From Ascidiella aspersa (taxonomy: Eukaryota): a stretch of DNA of 64,000 nucleotides. The stretch spans positions 24,800,001 through 24,864,000 of the forward strand of contig OZ004613.1 in assembly GCA_963924565.1 (NCBI GenBank), written 5' to 3'. Under the pieces are notes generated by a model, which was not told where the DNA came from, did not search any database, and saw only the letters and a list, made by a program, of their open reading frames with translations. Position numbers and translations under genes: made by a program. Positions 11,185 to 24,605 of this stretch are shown one piece after another. How positions within the stretch are numbered: position 1 is the stretch's first letter; the number at the start of each line of letters is the position of its first letter.

Positions 11185-14100
11185 TTAGATAGTTCTGCGA
11201 GGCGAACAGCAGCCGAAGCAGCACACCATCTTTCGAAAGAATGAAAGCGTTCTTCTTATAGGTCCTTTCTGTAAAAAAGTTAACAAGTAAATAAACGATG
11301 CCTACCTTTTATAAACAAATAAGTATTACAAACTAAAAAATTTTAAATTACTCATATAAAAGGCAAATTATTTTTGAAATAACTCAAACATAAAACATAA
11401 CTAAATTCTCAGAACTTAAAATTATTAAATTTAAAAAAATAATTGAAGTCCCTAACAATTTTCAGTTACGACCCAACAAATTGCTTTATAACGTTAAGTC
11501 CCAAAACAAGAATACGTAAGAAGTGCTCGCTCGTAACTGGTGTGCAAATATGCAACTATATACATATGTAGAGGTACTATAATCGAAAAAATGTTAAAAC
11601 TTAGATTTATTTGAAAAACTAGACCTCTGCCTGGACAGCCAACGTAAGGTGTAAATTTGAAATGACCAATGTTGAACTACAATTATCTAATTTGAAAAAC
11701 GGAAATAAAAGCAATCAAACAATCGCTGCCTGAGATAACAAAACAATGCCAAATAAATAAAATACGCCTGGCGAAATTAGGCAAAACACAAATAAATAAA
11801 TCAATATGATACGAGTTAAACAGATTTCAAACGAACATAACGAAAGAACGTTTTCAAAAATAGTTTTTGACAGATTTCATATGTGCATACTTTATTCTTT
11901 CTGGTAGAGGAAAGTGTTTTCTCAAATTGAAAATATACCATAAAACCCTACTCTCCTATACAAAATGTTTCTTCGTTTACCCATGATTACTGTTTTTATA
12001 TGAAAGTCTTTATGGCATTTGAATATCACGGTAACACAAGCTTAAAAATACAGGATTATTGCGAATGAATTTTTAGTGTTATAAATGTATGGGTAAGTGG
12101 GTTATAGTATAGATAGAGTATACCTTTTGCTTTTTTTGTGTGCCGGAATCGGCTGCTGTGGAGTTGTCGACGTAGACCGTTGCCGCACTGGCTTCGTTTG
12201 AAGCGGCAACGGCCACAGAATGGTTGGCGGCTTGAATTGATGCCGCATTAATGAAGGGGCTGCTCGGCCTCGGTATTATGGCCTGTTGTAGAGCAGCCCC
12301 TACGGTGAATGTAGCCAAATCTTGAAGTTCTTCCTCAAACTGTTAAAAAAGCACGTTAAACCTTAGCGGGATACCTGTGTTGAACAGATGTCTCTTAACC
12401 TGTATGCTACATTAGATTTAGAAAGTCGTTTTAGCGTAGTTCAAGGTCGATGGTTGCAGATATAAAAGCATATCCATTAATAAGGTAACGAAATGTTCGA
12501 GATAACTTCAAAGTTACTTACTGCTTCCTCGTCTGTCTCGGAGCCTTGTGGCGTTTCCGTCCCACTCGATGTTGTTTGCTACAAAGTATAACACAACGTT
12601 AAACAGGACAAAATGAATTCGTCTAGCATCTATTTTGATAGTTGCATATATGAAAGCGTATTTATCAATAGAAACAAGAAATACGTAGGCTAAGAAGTGC
12701 TCGCTTGTAACTGGTGTGCAAATATGCAACTATATGTATATAGAGGTACTATAATCGAAAAAATGATAAATCTTAAATTTATTTGAAAAACTAAACCTCG
12801 TATAACCCGCCTGGACAGCCAACGTAAGGTGTAAATTTTAATTGACCCATGTTGGACTACAATTATCTAATTTGAAAAACGGAAATAAAGGCCTTTCCAA
12901 CGAAAAACGAACATAGTTAAAAAACGTTTTCAAAAATAGTGTTTGACAGATTTCATATGTGCATACTTTATTCTTTCTGGTAGAGGAAAGTGTTTTCTCA
13001 AATTGACAATATACCATAAAACCCTAGTCTCCTATACAAAATGTTTCTTCGTTTACCCTTGATTACTGTTTTTATATGAAAGTCTTTATGGCATTTGAAT
13101 ATCACGGTAACACAAGCGTAAAAATACAGGATTATTGCGAATGAATTTATAGTGTTATAAATGCATGGGTAAGTGGGTTATAGTATAGAGTATACTTTTT
13201 GCTTTTTTTGTGAGCCGGAATCGGCTGCTGCGGAGTTGTCGACGTAGACCGTTGCCGCACTGGCTTCGTTTGAAGCGGCAACGGCCACTGAATGGTTGGC
13301 GGCTTGAATTGATGCCGCATTAATGAAGGGGATGCTCGGCCTCGGTATTATGGCCTGTTGTAGAGCAGCCCCTACGGTGAATGTAGCCAAATCTTGAAGT
13401 TCTTCCTCAAACTGTTAAAAAAGCACGTTAAACCTTAGCGGGATACCTGTGTTGAACAGATGTCTCTTAACCTGTATGCTACATTAGATTTAGAAAGTCG
13501 TTTTAGCGTAGTTCAAGGTCGATGGTTGCAGACATGAAAGCATATCCATTAATAGGTAACGAAATGTTCGAGATAACTTCAAAGTTACTTACTGCTTCCT
13601 CGTCTGTCTCGGAGCCTAGTGGCGTTTCCGTCCCACTCGATGTTGTTTGCTACAAAGTACAACACAACGTTAAACAGGACAAAATAAATTCCTCTAGCAT
13701 CTATTTTTCAGGTTTGCATTTCTTTGAACATAAAATTGGATTGTCGTTTTAGTCACTGCGTCACGTGAGCCATCCATACATCTATCGTTTGTAGAATTTT
13801 GCCAGAGTATTTTTATTGGCCACAATACAAAGATATTTTTGTTGGGTATGAAAAATATAAAAGTAACCAAGAAATTCAAAATTTTAATATAAAAACATCG
13901 TCATCATATTAAGTTATCAATTTACATGAATTAAGACTTAAATCGTTAAATTAAAATATTTATGTCAAACCATAAAGTCTGCTATTGGAGTTGTTTTATG
14001 AGTAAAAATAGTTTTCTATGAATACTGTTGTATTTCGGTTTCATGTGTTTCACTGTGGGGTTGTTTATTTTTTGTTAAATTGAAGTGTACAACATTCATA

Positions 14101-17100
14101 GCATAACAACTAACAAAAAACTCCTTTCACTTAAAATTATACAAATTTTTTTTTTTTGTTTTATTATAGTTAGTGTAAATTTATCTTTCACTTGAGATGG
14201 CTTAATTGAAGTAGATGACTCTTAATCTGTGTGTCACATTATATTCAGAAAGTGGTTTTAGGACGGTTTAATGTCCTTGATTTTAAAACATCACTTAGTT
14301 TGTTCGAATTGGCTATAAAGCTTGTAGGCTGTCACTAATTTTTTTCGCTTTTTTCTTCTCAAGTTTGTAAGAGTCACACTTTAACCACATAGACATACTG
14401 TTTCACACTTTTTTATGAACCAACATTGTTTTGACCTGTGGTATTTGAGTGAGCTTTAAACCAAAATGTTTGAGAGGTACTGTTGTAGAAAGTAAGTTAC
14501 TGTTTGACGGTTGCATATATGAAAGCGTATTTATTAATAGAAAAATAAGTGTTCGAGAAAATTTTCAAGTTACTTACTGCCTCATCTACTTCAGAGCCTT
14601 CTGTCGTTTCATTGTTGGGCGGTATTGTTTGCTTCAAGGTATAGCACTATGTTAGACAGGACAAAATGACATTTGTCAATTTTCTGTAATTACTTTTTAG
14701 TTTCCGGTAGCGCAAACTGGTTTGCATTTCTTTGAGACATAAAATTAAATTGTCGTTTTAGTCACAGCGTCACATAAGTTACAAAGACATCTCACGATCT
14801 TTGTGGAATTTTGCCAGAGTATTTTTATTGGCGACAAGCTAAAGATATTTTTGTTGGGTACGAAAAATATAAAATCAACGAAAAAATTCAAAGTTTGATT
14901 ATAAAAACATTGTCATCCTAATTGATCAATTTGCATGAACTAAGACTAAAATCGTTGAATTTTATTTATATCAAACAATAAAGTCTGCTAATAAAGTTGT
15001 TTTATTGGTAAAAATATATTTCTATAAAGATTTTGGTGTTGTTTGTTTTTTTGGTAAATTCAAGTGTACAATATACATAGCATAGCAATTAACGCACGTT
15101 TATGGCATGTAATAACCAAAATATAAGATGAAGAAGAATTGGAATCCTTTTTTTTTTCTTCACTTAAATTTACACAAATTTTTTGATTGATAATATTAAG
15201 TGTAAATTTATATTTCAATTGAAATTGTTTGAGGCAAACCGAAATAAAGATTTTGAAAAATAGGCGTTTAAACGTTCTCGCATAAATATTTTTAAACCGG
15301 GTGGTTTAAGTGGGTCAAACCATAATAAAACGTAAATTTTGACATTGCTTTTTTTAGTACATTTAAAAATAAGTTAGAATAATGATTCAAAAAATCTTCG
15401 ACAAAAATATATTTCTTTCGTTTACCCATAATTACTGTTTTTATAAGAGGTTCTTTACGACATTTATATTTTAACAGCTCAGGGTAACATAAGCTTTACA
15501 ATAAACGACTATTGCTAATAATTTATGGTGTTTTAAAAGTATGGGTAATTAAGTTATAGTATAGAGTATACCTTCGGGTGCTGTGATGATGGTGCGCAAT
15601 GGTCGACGTCGACCGGCGCCTCTGCAATTTCTTCCAAAGCGGCAAAGGCCGCGGGGTGGTCGACGTCGACCGGCGCCGCCCTCATCTCATCCAAAGCGGC
15701 AACTGCCGCGGAGTTGTCGGCGGCTGCGACTGATGCCGCCTCATCATAGGGGCTGCTCGGCCTCTGTATTGTGCGGGCCTCGCACAAGGTAGCCCCTACA
15801 ATGAAGGCGGCCAACTGGTCGCATGCCGCTTCCAATTCTTCCTCATTCTGTTAAAAATGCACTTATTAAACCTTTGCGGGACATGTGTATAGAACAGGTG
15901 GCTCTTAACCTGTGTGCTACATTAGATTCAAGAAAATATAAAGATTTTCATAGTTAAAATTAGCTGTTATCAATTTACAACTGTCTAAAAACTGTGGTAT
16001 CAGTAAAAGCATTTGTGTTTTGCAATAAAAAACTCTCAGTTTGCAATAAAAAACCCTGACCCGGCGAATTCACAGATCAAATTTTAAGAAGCTCCGCTCT
16101 ATACACTGTTCGCGTGTTGCAATGCTTACTTTTATACCTGCCTCACACTTTAAAAGTATTTGTATGGTTAAGTTACTTTTACATCACAGAAATGTAGTAA
16201 ACGTCCTAGCCGGTAGCAACTATTAGTTAGGCTTGCCGATAGTTTACTCGGTTTGACATCGAAAAATAAGCCACGCTTATAGTTAGCTGTTAGTTGTGTT
16301 TGAACCATACTTTGTTATAAATGACAAAATGAATTCCTCTAGCATCTATTTCTGTTGCTACTTTTCAGTTACCGGAAGCCCAACCAGGTTTGCATTTCTT
16401 TGAACATAAAATTGGATTGTCGTTTTAGTCACTGCGTCACGTGAGCCATCCATACATCTATCGTTTGTGGAATTTTGCCAGAGTATTTTTATTGGCCACA
16501 ATACAAAGATATTTTTGTTGGGTATGAAAAATATAAAAGTAACTAAGAAATTCAAAATTTTAATATAAAAACATCGTCAACATATTAAGTTATCAATTTA
16601 CATGAATTAAGACTTAAATCGTTAAATTAAAATATTTATGACAAACCATAAAGTCTGCTATTGGAGTTGTTTTATGAGTAAAAATAGTTTTCTATGAATA
16701 CTATTGTATTTCGGTTTCATTTGTTTCACTGTGGGGTTGTTTATTTTTTGTTAAATTGAAGTGTACAACATTCATAGCATAGCAACTAAAAAAAATCTCC
16801 TTTCACTTAAAATGATTCAACAAATTTTTTTTCTGTTTTATTATATTTAGTGTAACTTTATCTTTCAATTGAGATGGCTTAATTGAAGCAGATGGCTCTT
16901 AATCTGTGTGTCACATTATATTCAGAAAGTGGTTTTAGGACGGTTTAATGTCCTTGACTTTAAAACAGCACTTAGTTTGTTCGAATTGGCTATAAGCTTG
17001 TAGGCTGTCACTAATTTTTTTCGCTTTTTTCTTCTCAGGTTTGTAAGAGCCACACTTTAACCACATAGACATACTGTTTCACACTTTATGCCCAACATTG

Positions 17101-20100
17101 TTTTGACCTGTGGTATTTGAGTGAGCTTTAAACCAAAATGTTTGAGAGGTACTGTTGTAGAAAGTTTGTTACTGTTTGATGGTTGCATATATGAAAGCGT
17201 ATTTATTAATAGAAAAATAAGTGTTCGAGAAAATTTTCAAGTTACTTACTGCCTCATCTTCTTCAGAGCCTTCCGTCGTTTCATTGTTGGGCGGGATTGT
17301 TTGCTACAAGGTATAGCACTATGTTAGACAGGCCAAAATGACATTTGTAGCATCAATTTTCTGTAATTACTTTTTAGTTTCCGGTAGCGCAAACTGGTTT
17401 GCATTTCTTTGAGACATAAAATCAAATTGTCGTTTTAGTCACAGCGTCGCATAAGTTACAAAGACATCTCACTGTCTTTGTGGAATTTTGCCAGAGTATT
17501 TTTATTGGCGACAAGCTAAAGATGTTTTTGTTGGGTACGAAAAATATAAAATCAACGAAAAAATTCAAAATTTGATTATAAAAACATTGTCATCCAAATT
17601 GATCAATTTGCATGAACTAAGACTAAAATCGTTAAATTTTATTTATATCAAACAATAAAGTCTGCTAATAAAGTTGTTTTATTGGTAAAAATATATTTCT
17701 ATAAAGATTTTGGTGTTGTTTGTTTTTTTGGTAAATTCAAGTGTACAATATACATAGCATAGCAATTAACACACGTTTATGGCATGTAATAACCAAAATA
17801 TAAGATGAAGAAGAATTGGAATCCTTTTTTTTTCTTCACTTAAATTTACACAAATTTTTTGATTTATAATATTAAGTGTAAATTTATATTTCAATTGAAA
17901 TTGTTTGAGGCAAACCGAAATAAAGATTTTGAAAAATAGGCGTTTAAACGTTCTCGCATAAATATTTTTAAACCGGGTGGTTTAAGTGGGTCAAACCATA
18001 ATAAAACATAATATTTGACATTGCGTTTTTTAGTACATTTAAAAATAAGTTAGAATAATGATTCAAAAAATCTTCGACAAAAATATATTTCTTTCGTTTA
18101 CCCATATATACTGTTTTTTATAAGAGGTTCTTTACGACATTTATATTTTAACAGCTATATATCAGGGTAACATAAGCTTTACAATAAACGACTATTGCTA
18201 ATAATTTATGGTGTTTTAAAAGTATGGGTAATTGAGTTATAGTATAGAGTATACCTTCGGGTGCTGTGATGATGGTGCGCAATGGTCGACGTCGACCGGC
18301 GCCTCTGCAATTTCTTCCAAAGCGGCAAAGGCCGCGGGGTGGTCGACGTCGACCGGCGCCGCCCTTATCTCATCCAAAGCGGCAACTGCCGCGGAGTTGT
18401 CGGCGGCTGCAACTGATGCCGCCTCATCATAGGGGCTGCTCGGCCTCTGTATTGTGCGGGCCTCGCACAAGGTAGCCCCTACAATGAAGGCGGCCAACTG
18501 GTCGCATGCCGCTTCCAATTCTTCCTCATTCTGTTAAAAATGCACTTATTAAACCTTTGCGGGACACGTGTATAGAAAGGTGGCTCTTAACCTGTGTGCT
18601 ACATTAGATTCAGAAGAAAATATAAGACTTTCATAGTTAAAATTAGCTGTTATCAATTCACAACTGTCTAAAAACTGTGGTATCAGTAAAAGCATTTGTG
18701 TTTTGCAATAAAAATCTCTCAGTTTGCAATAAAAAACCCTGAACCTGCGAATTCACAGATCAAATTTTAAGAAGCTCCGCCCTATACACTGTTCGCTTGT
18801 TACAATGCTTACTTTTATACCTGCCTCACACTTTAAAAGTATTGTGTATGGTAAAGTTACTTTTACATCACAGAAATGTAGTATACGTCCTAGCCGGTAG
18901 CAACTATTAGTTAGGCTTGCCGATAGTTTACTCGGTTTGACATCGAAAAATAAGCCATGCTTATAATTAGCTGTTAGTTGTGTTTGAACTATACTTTTTA
19001 CAACCAGGTTTTGATAACTTTTTTTAGCATTATCTGACATGGCTGTGTGTTAAAAATGTACTTTATTTGTGCCAGGGCTGTTGAGTCGTTTAAAAATGAA
19101 CCCCGCAGTCCACTCCCGAGTCCAGAGTCCCGCTAAAATATGCGATTATCATCAAGTTCCGAACCTGGATTCGACCCTAAAGTCCATATTCCACCCATTT
19201 ACGCATCTGAAATAAGAATGATATTGTCTAATCCACTCATATAATATAATTCATTCATAAAAAATTCATGGTTTGAAAATATTCGACCATAAATTAGTCT
19301 ATATCTTTACAGTCAACAGTTTGCGGCCTTATTAGTTTCAAAATTCGGCACGGCGCATGCGCACGTAAGACTCGGGACTCGCGTAAGACTCGGGACTCCA
19401 GCAAAATAATCCGACTCCGTCGAGTTCCGTTTTACCAGTCCAGAGTCGAACTCCGGCTTTTAACCCTGGTTTGTGCATGGGGTTGATCCAACTACTAACT
19501 TTAGGTTAATAAATGATTTAAAGTGTGAATCTCATTTACGTATACGTACAGTAAAACATGTTAACGAAAAGCAAACCCCAAAATATCGTTATTTTTATGA
19601 CGCTTTCCATATAGCCGCCATATAGTTGTTGGGACCCTTGGTATTACTCAAATATTTATAAAAGTTTTGTTCTTAATTTGTTAACGTTATGTAAACACTC
19701 TGCAGGTAAAGAAAAAATAAAACTTTAATCAAAAGGTAATATATGCTTGTTCCAGCAAAATTAACTACAATGCGTCGGACACAGTTTGCAATTTACGCAT
19801 ACCAAATACAACGGTAAAGTTCTACCAAGATAGCCTAATCAAACCAAATAAGCTATCTTTTTGCTTTCGAGGGGTACGTGGCGTACTGAGCACTGAGCAC
19901 AGATAAAAAATGTACATTGCTTGATATATTGACGTTTATTAAGTTGTGGGGCGCCTAGACTCAAAAGTTACGATTAAAATACGCAAAACTTCGTAAAAAA
20001 CCTTACAATGTTTTCAGTGTTAACAAACAGTCGGTATTTCATTCATATTTTAAAGACGGAATACTTTCGACCGAAAACATTTTCCGTGTTAGTATTTAAG

Positions 20101-23100
20101 ACAGGCTAAAATTCCAATTTCGCAGGTTCATGACTAGATTGCTTTCGCGGTATGTTGCCCAGATTTGCTCTAAACACTTCAATAGGGTAATATTAAAATT
20201 AGGATAGCAGCAATTTAAATACATTTGACCGAAAATGTTAATTCTCATTGTTGCAAGAATTATGAAAAATATATCTCAATATTGTAGCGTTAACTGCACT
20301 GTTATGATTAAGAATTAAACCTTACGTATTCTGGCCAGATATTCAAGGTTTCCATCTCAATGACGTCAAAGGTACCTTCTTGCATCTAAGGATGGATTGG
20401 CCGTATAAAAAACAAATATTTAGTTTTTGTAGTGAATATTAATTATATATATACTTGTTTTATTGAAACGGGAAAACTGTCCCTTTTTACTCATTTTTTG
20501 CACATGGGAACTAATTCCATGAAATTTCAAATTAAAACTAGTGCTGAAAAGTTGTTAGACATCAGATCGTATCTTATGTTTTATTGCACATTATTTAGTT
20601 TAGGCCATGATTGAATACATTGTTCTAACAGCGTGCCGCTACGTCGAGGATCACTGCGTATTTGTTTTTTTTATATTGTGGTCTTATTGATATGGTAAAA
20701 ACAATATTCTAATATACACATTTTGCACTGTTATAGTTACGAATGAAACCTTACGTGTTCTGGCCAGGTGTAGAACATCACTACATCAGCAGTTGAGCCT
20801 TCTTGCTTCTAAAAATGGAAGGCGACACAAAAATAACAAGAAATATTGATTGCAAGACTTAAAGTAAACAAAGAAGAAGCGACAGTTAAATTACTTAAGT
20901 TTTCTTCGTATTTCTTCGTATTGCTTCAATTTTGGTCAAATAAGGAAAAATCTTGCTAATAACTAATCGCATCAAATCTATAATCATATAGAACTACTTC
21001 AGTCGGCGACCCAACCAAATCAAACGGTGACCCAATTGTGGGTCGCGACCCATAGGTTGTGAAACAAACATTTGTGCATCGCATTGTTAAAAACTATTTT
21101 TACTGCGTGCTAACTACGCCGTAGACATCACCGCGCATTTGGCTTCTTTATGTTGTTATCTTATTAATATGATATTATCATTCCGATTTTAGATATGCTA
21201 TCTTTATAAGTAGGTAGCGGAACAGTGGCTTTAATCAGCAGGCGAGATTAGCTTTCATGGTTAACTTAATAACTTACCCCCTGCTGCTTCGAGTTTGCTG
21301 CGGACAGCGTTAACGGGGACCGCGCTCGTTGCTAGAAAGAAATACAAAACATTAGTAGGTACTACATCTTGTTTGTAACATATTAGGGTATACTTTTTAG
21401 TGTAAATTTGAATTGATTTTTCATTATTATATTTACAATTACCAAAAGGGCGTTATAAAATATATATAATTATATTTGACCTGTTATGGTAGTATTTTAA
21501 GCGCGGAAAATATCACACAACAAACAATATACCATTTATAATTTTATGAAACATGCTAAAAAATATTCAAAAAATAAAACTTTACAATAAACAAAATATA
21601 TAGTTATGTAAAGGTTAGCAAAATATACACAGAGCCAATATATAGTCCAAGCTTAAACTTTAATTTACAACAAAGAATTAGTTTGTTAGATCATTATTTC
21701 GGGCTTAGGATTTTAAACAAAACAACACGAATGTCTTTAATAGTAAAATGGACTCCAGCTATATGACATAAATTTGAATAACATCATCGTCAGGAAAAAG
21801 CATATTTCGGAATAACATTAAAATGGGACTAATGTGTAGAAATTCAAATAAGATCTAAATTATAACAAGACATGAATGACCAGAATGAGGTCTAACTAAC
21901 CTTTTATCTAGCCCCAAGCCCCACCCACAACCTTAAACCCTAAATATTTCAACTCCAAATTTAACTTGAACTTCACCAATTAACCCAGTGGTTCGCAACC
22001 TTTTTTGGCACACTAGAGAAATTATAAATAGTTCGCGGCACCCTTCCTAGTTTTTTTACTAAGTGGTTAACTGTAACGTTACAACAACGAGATTAATAGC
22101 AAACTTTTACTGTGCAACATGGTTGAAAAAACGTTTCTGATCTTTGGCACTTTTATCGTACACAAATAAAAAGTTGTATCAAAAATCTTACCAATAGAGC
22201 AATAACTGGAATACGAAATAATTTGAAACATCTAGCCCTAGTGGCACTCTTGGGCGTTAAAAATGGCCTAAAGTGCCACGGCCCCTGGTTAAGAACCAAT
22301 ACTGCATTAAGCCTAACAAGGGCAAACAAACAGCGGCGCAGTTTGATGTGTTTTATAGGCTATTTAGGTCGCATTTGGAGCAGTTTGGGACGTATTCCGT
22401 CTTCAATATAACAAATACGAATATTTAAGTATCAAGAATTTAAAAACAATGCGCGACTCATATTATTTAAGTATATTCAACTTGTGTGCAGTGGTTAAGT
22501 AAACCTGAACGATCTGTTTAAAAGATTTCATCTAAAAAAATTTAGTTGCATATTTGTGAACTGCATCGAACGATGTCTCCGGTTTAGGTTATACAGAAAA
22601 GCATGCAAGACTTGATGCCTACAACTTTTAAGGAATTAATGTTATTAAGGTGTTTGCCGTCACAAATAACTTTTCTAATTTCTAAGGCCAAAAAAGTTTG
22701 AGTGCCACTGGTTTTCATAACTAATATTGGCATAGAGATTAAGTTGGGATCAAGTCCTACTGTCCAGAAACAGTTTATGCGTATCAAACAAAATAGTTAA
22801 CATATATATTTGCTTTACTGAAATATAACCTAGCTAGCTCCTAGCTCCGCAGGCATTTATAACTTGTGCAGCCAGAAAGATAATCAAGAGACGAATGTAG
22901 TTTTAATTTAACAACATTCGTGTGTAGAGCCATTTTTTTACCAACCAAGTCTAGTTAAGTAATTGATGTGAATAATTTTTGTATAAAATCAATCGTAAAT
23001 TTAAAAGTCATGAGTTCCATATTTGTCTTTTTACACAAATATACCATATCAAAATGTCTTCTTTGGCTCTATGCATTGCATATATGTAATATTTACGTAT

Positions 23101-23593
23101 GTTTTAGCTCTATGAGGTAACAATGGCCGTTCATTAAAGTGCAAAAAAATAACTGATATTAAAAAAAGTGTTGCCAAAAAGTTACATTTAATGAGGTTTA
23201 CTAAAAGAAATACATAAAGTGGGACGATATTATAGCGTTTCACTTCTATTCTGCGATGAATTGAACCTTACTTGTTCTGGCGAAGTATACAACATAACTT
23301 CATCTAATTCCGAAGAGTCGGTTTGCACCTGAAAATGCATTGGTCATAAAATAAAACAACTCTTATATTATAATTAAAATTATTCCGTTCAGGGCAGGGT
23401 TTAAATCGTTATTTTTCGATAAGAAATACCTATAATACAGAGTTAAACAACATCGAGGTAAAGTAATTATTTCTATTTATCAAAATATGTCAGCGATATT
23501 TTTGTTTAGTAGCCTATTTTGTTCTTAAACCAAAAAATGTTAAGAAAATTGGTAATATGGTCATTTGTTAGAGCTTACCTTGGATCGTTGCAT
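11185..23593 (-). CDS. Multi-exon gene, copy A (~509 aa): acidic Ala-rich repeat protein with 4 AKAP-like helices and a C-terminal Cys-cluster anchor
   Basis: Manual GT-AG assembly, every exon a multiple of 3 with no internal stops: 23593-23579 MQRSK; 23328-23272 VQTDSSELDEVMLYTSPEQ; 21331-21278 QRARSPLTLSAANSKQQG; 20808-20755 KQEGSTADVVMFYTWPEH; 20385-20326 MQEGTFDVIEMETLNIWPEY; 18530-18255 NEEELEAACDQLAAFIVGATLCEAR...HPK; 17303-17250 QTIPPNNETTEGSEEDEA; 15847-15572; 14631-14578; 13649-13593 QTTSSGTETPLGSETDEEA; 13411-13196 FEEELQDLATFTVGAALQQA...QKKQK; 12578-12522; 12339-12124; 11268-11185 KGPIRRTLSFFRKMVCCFGCCSPRRTI*. Small exons could be missed. Confidence 0.8.
19073..19468. mobile_element. 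hAT MITE in a gene intron (also ~58438-58851)
   Basis: CAGGG...CCCTG termini; TSD ATTTGTGC/GTTTGTGC; internal GACTC repeats. Confidence 0.75.
21986..22304. mobile_element. hAT MITE in a gene intron (also 61390-61708)
   Basis: CAGTGGTTCGCAACC left TIR, degenerate right TIR; TSD AATTAACC/CATTAACC in copy B. Confidence 0.7.
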
Positions 23594-24084
23594 TTTTTTA
23601 ATGAGATTCGGAAAGAAAATAACTCTTGAATATTTGAAATTTGCTTTAAATCAAAGCAATTTGTATTCGAATATATTTTTGCAAATAAAATGCGAATACA
23701 TGTCAAAAAAATTGTACTTATAGATATCAAATCATCCATTGTTACATAACAATATCAATTTATGATCCAATATGTGAACTTTGCTATTTATTTGGTTTGG
23801 ACCAAATATATTCTATGCGGGGATTATTATCTGCGTCTATTTGTTCACCAATTTTTTTTTTATGGAACTTTTTAGGCCAAAGGCGGCCGTGTAAACCATG
23901 ACACTTTCAAATACCTTTTTTGTATTTTGCGAGAATGTTTTCTGTTTTTTCAATTACAACAAAACGTCGAAAGTTCAACAGCACTATTCGAATTACAATT
24001 TTTGTCAACCTAAAGTGGATTAACGATAAAAAAAGTATGCCTATTGCACTTTTCTTTATAACTGAAAGCTAGAGCGCCACTCCA

Positions 24085-24605
24085 CTCTTAAACTGCCTTC
24101 AAAATGNNNNNNNNNNNNNNNNNNNNNNNNNNNNNNNNNNNNNNNNNNNNNNNNNNNNNNNNNNNNNNNNNNNNNNNNNNNNNNNNNNNNNNNNNNNNNN
24201 NNNNNNNNNNNNNNNNNNNNNNNNNNNNNNNNNNNNNNNNNNNNNNNNNNNNNNNNNNNNNNNNNNNNNNNNNNNNNNNNNNNNNNNNNNNNNNNNNNNN
24301 NNNNNNNNNNNNNNNNNNNNNNNNNNNNNNNNNNNNNNNNNNNNNNNNNNNNNNNNNNNNNNNNNNNNNNNNNNCTAAGTCTAACCATAACTAACATTAA
24401 CTCTAACCTAAAATGTGCACACATTTTGAAGGCATTTTTAGGGCATTTCAAAAATGTGCGCACATTGTTAAAAAAGTGCGCCGATATTTGAAAGCAGTTC
24501 AAAATGTGCGCACAATTGTTAAAAAAGTGCGCACATTTTTGAAGGCAGTCAAAAATAAGCGCACATTGTTGAAGGAATGTGCGCACTTTTTTGAAGGCAG
24601 TTTAA
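24085..24605. repeat. Palindromic AAATGTGCGCACATTT tandem repeat element spanning the gap
   Basis: Inverted ends AAACTGCCTTCAAAA / TTTTGAAGGCAGTTT. Confidence 0.6.
24107..24373. other. Assembly gap (N run)
   Basis: Run of n characters. Confidence 1.

Larger units (their letters stand above)
3311..23895 (+). repeat. Segmental duplication unit A
   Basis: Collinear with high identity to 42858-63383; differs in repeat copy number and small indels. Confidence 0.95.

Noticed and set aside
15583-18475. Plus-strand Arg/Pro-rich ORFs (also 56466-57889)
   Set aside because: Antisense shadows of the GC-rich minus-strand exons; the splice sites support the minus frame.
18753-19045. Possible extra exon (MSDNAKK... 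ORF) with acceptor-like upstream sequence
   Set aside because: No clean AG shared by both copies and only partly present in the other repeat unit; left out of the gene model.
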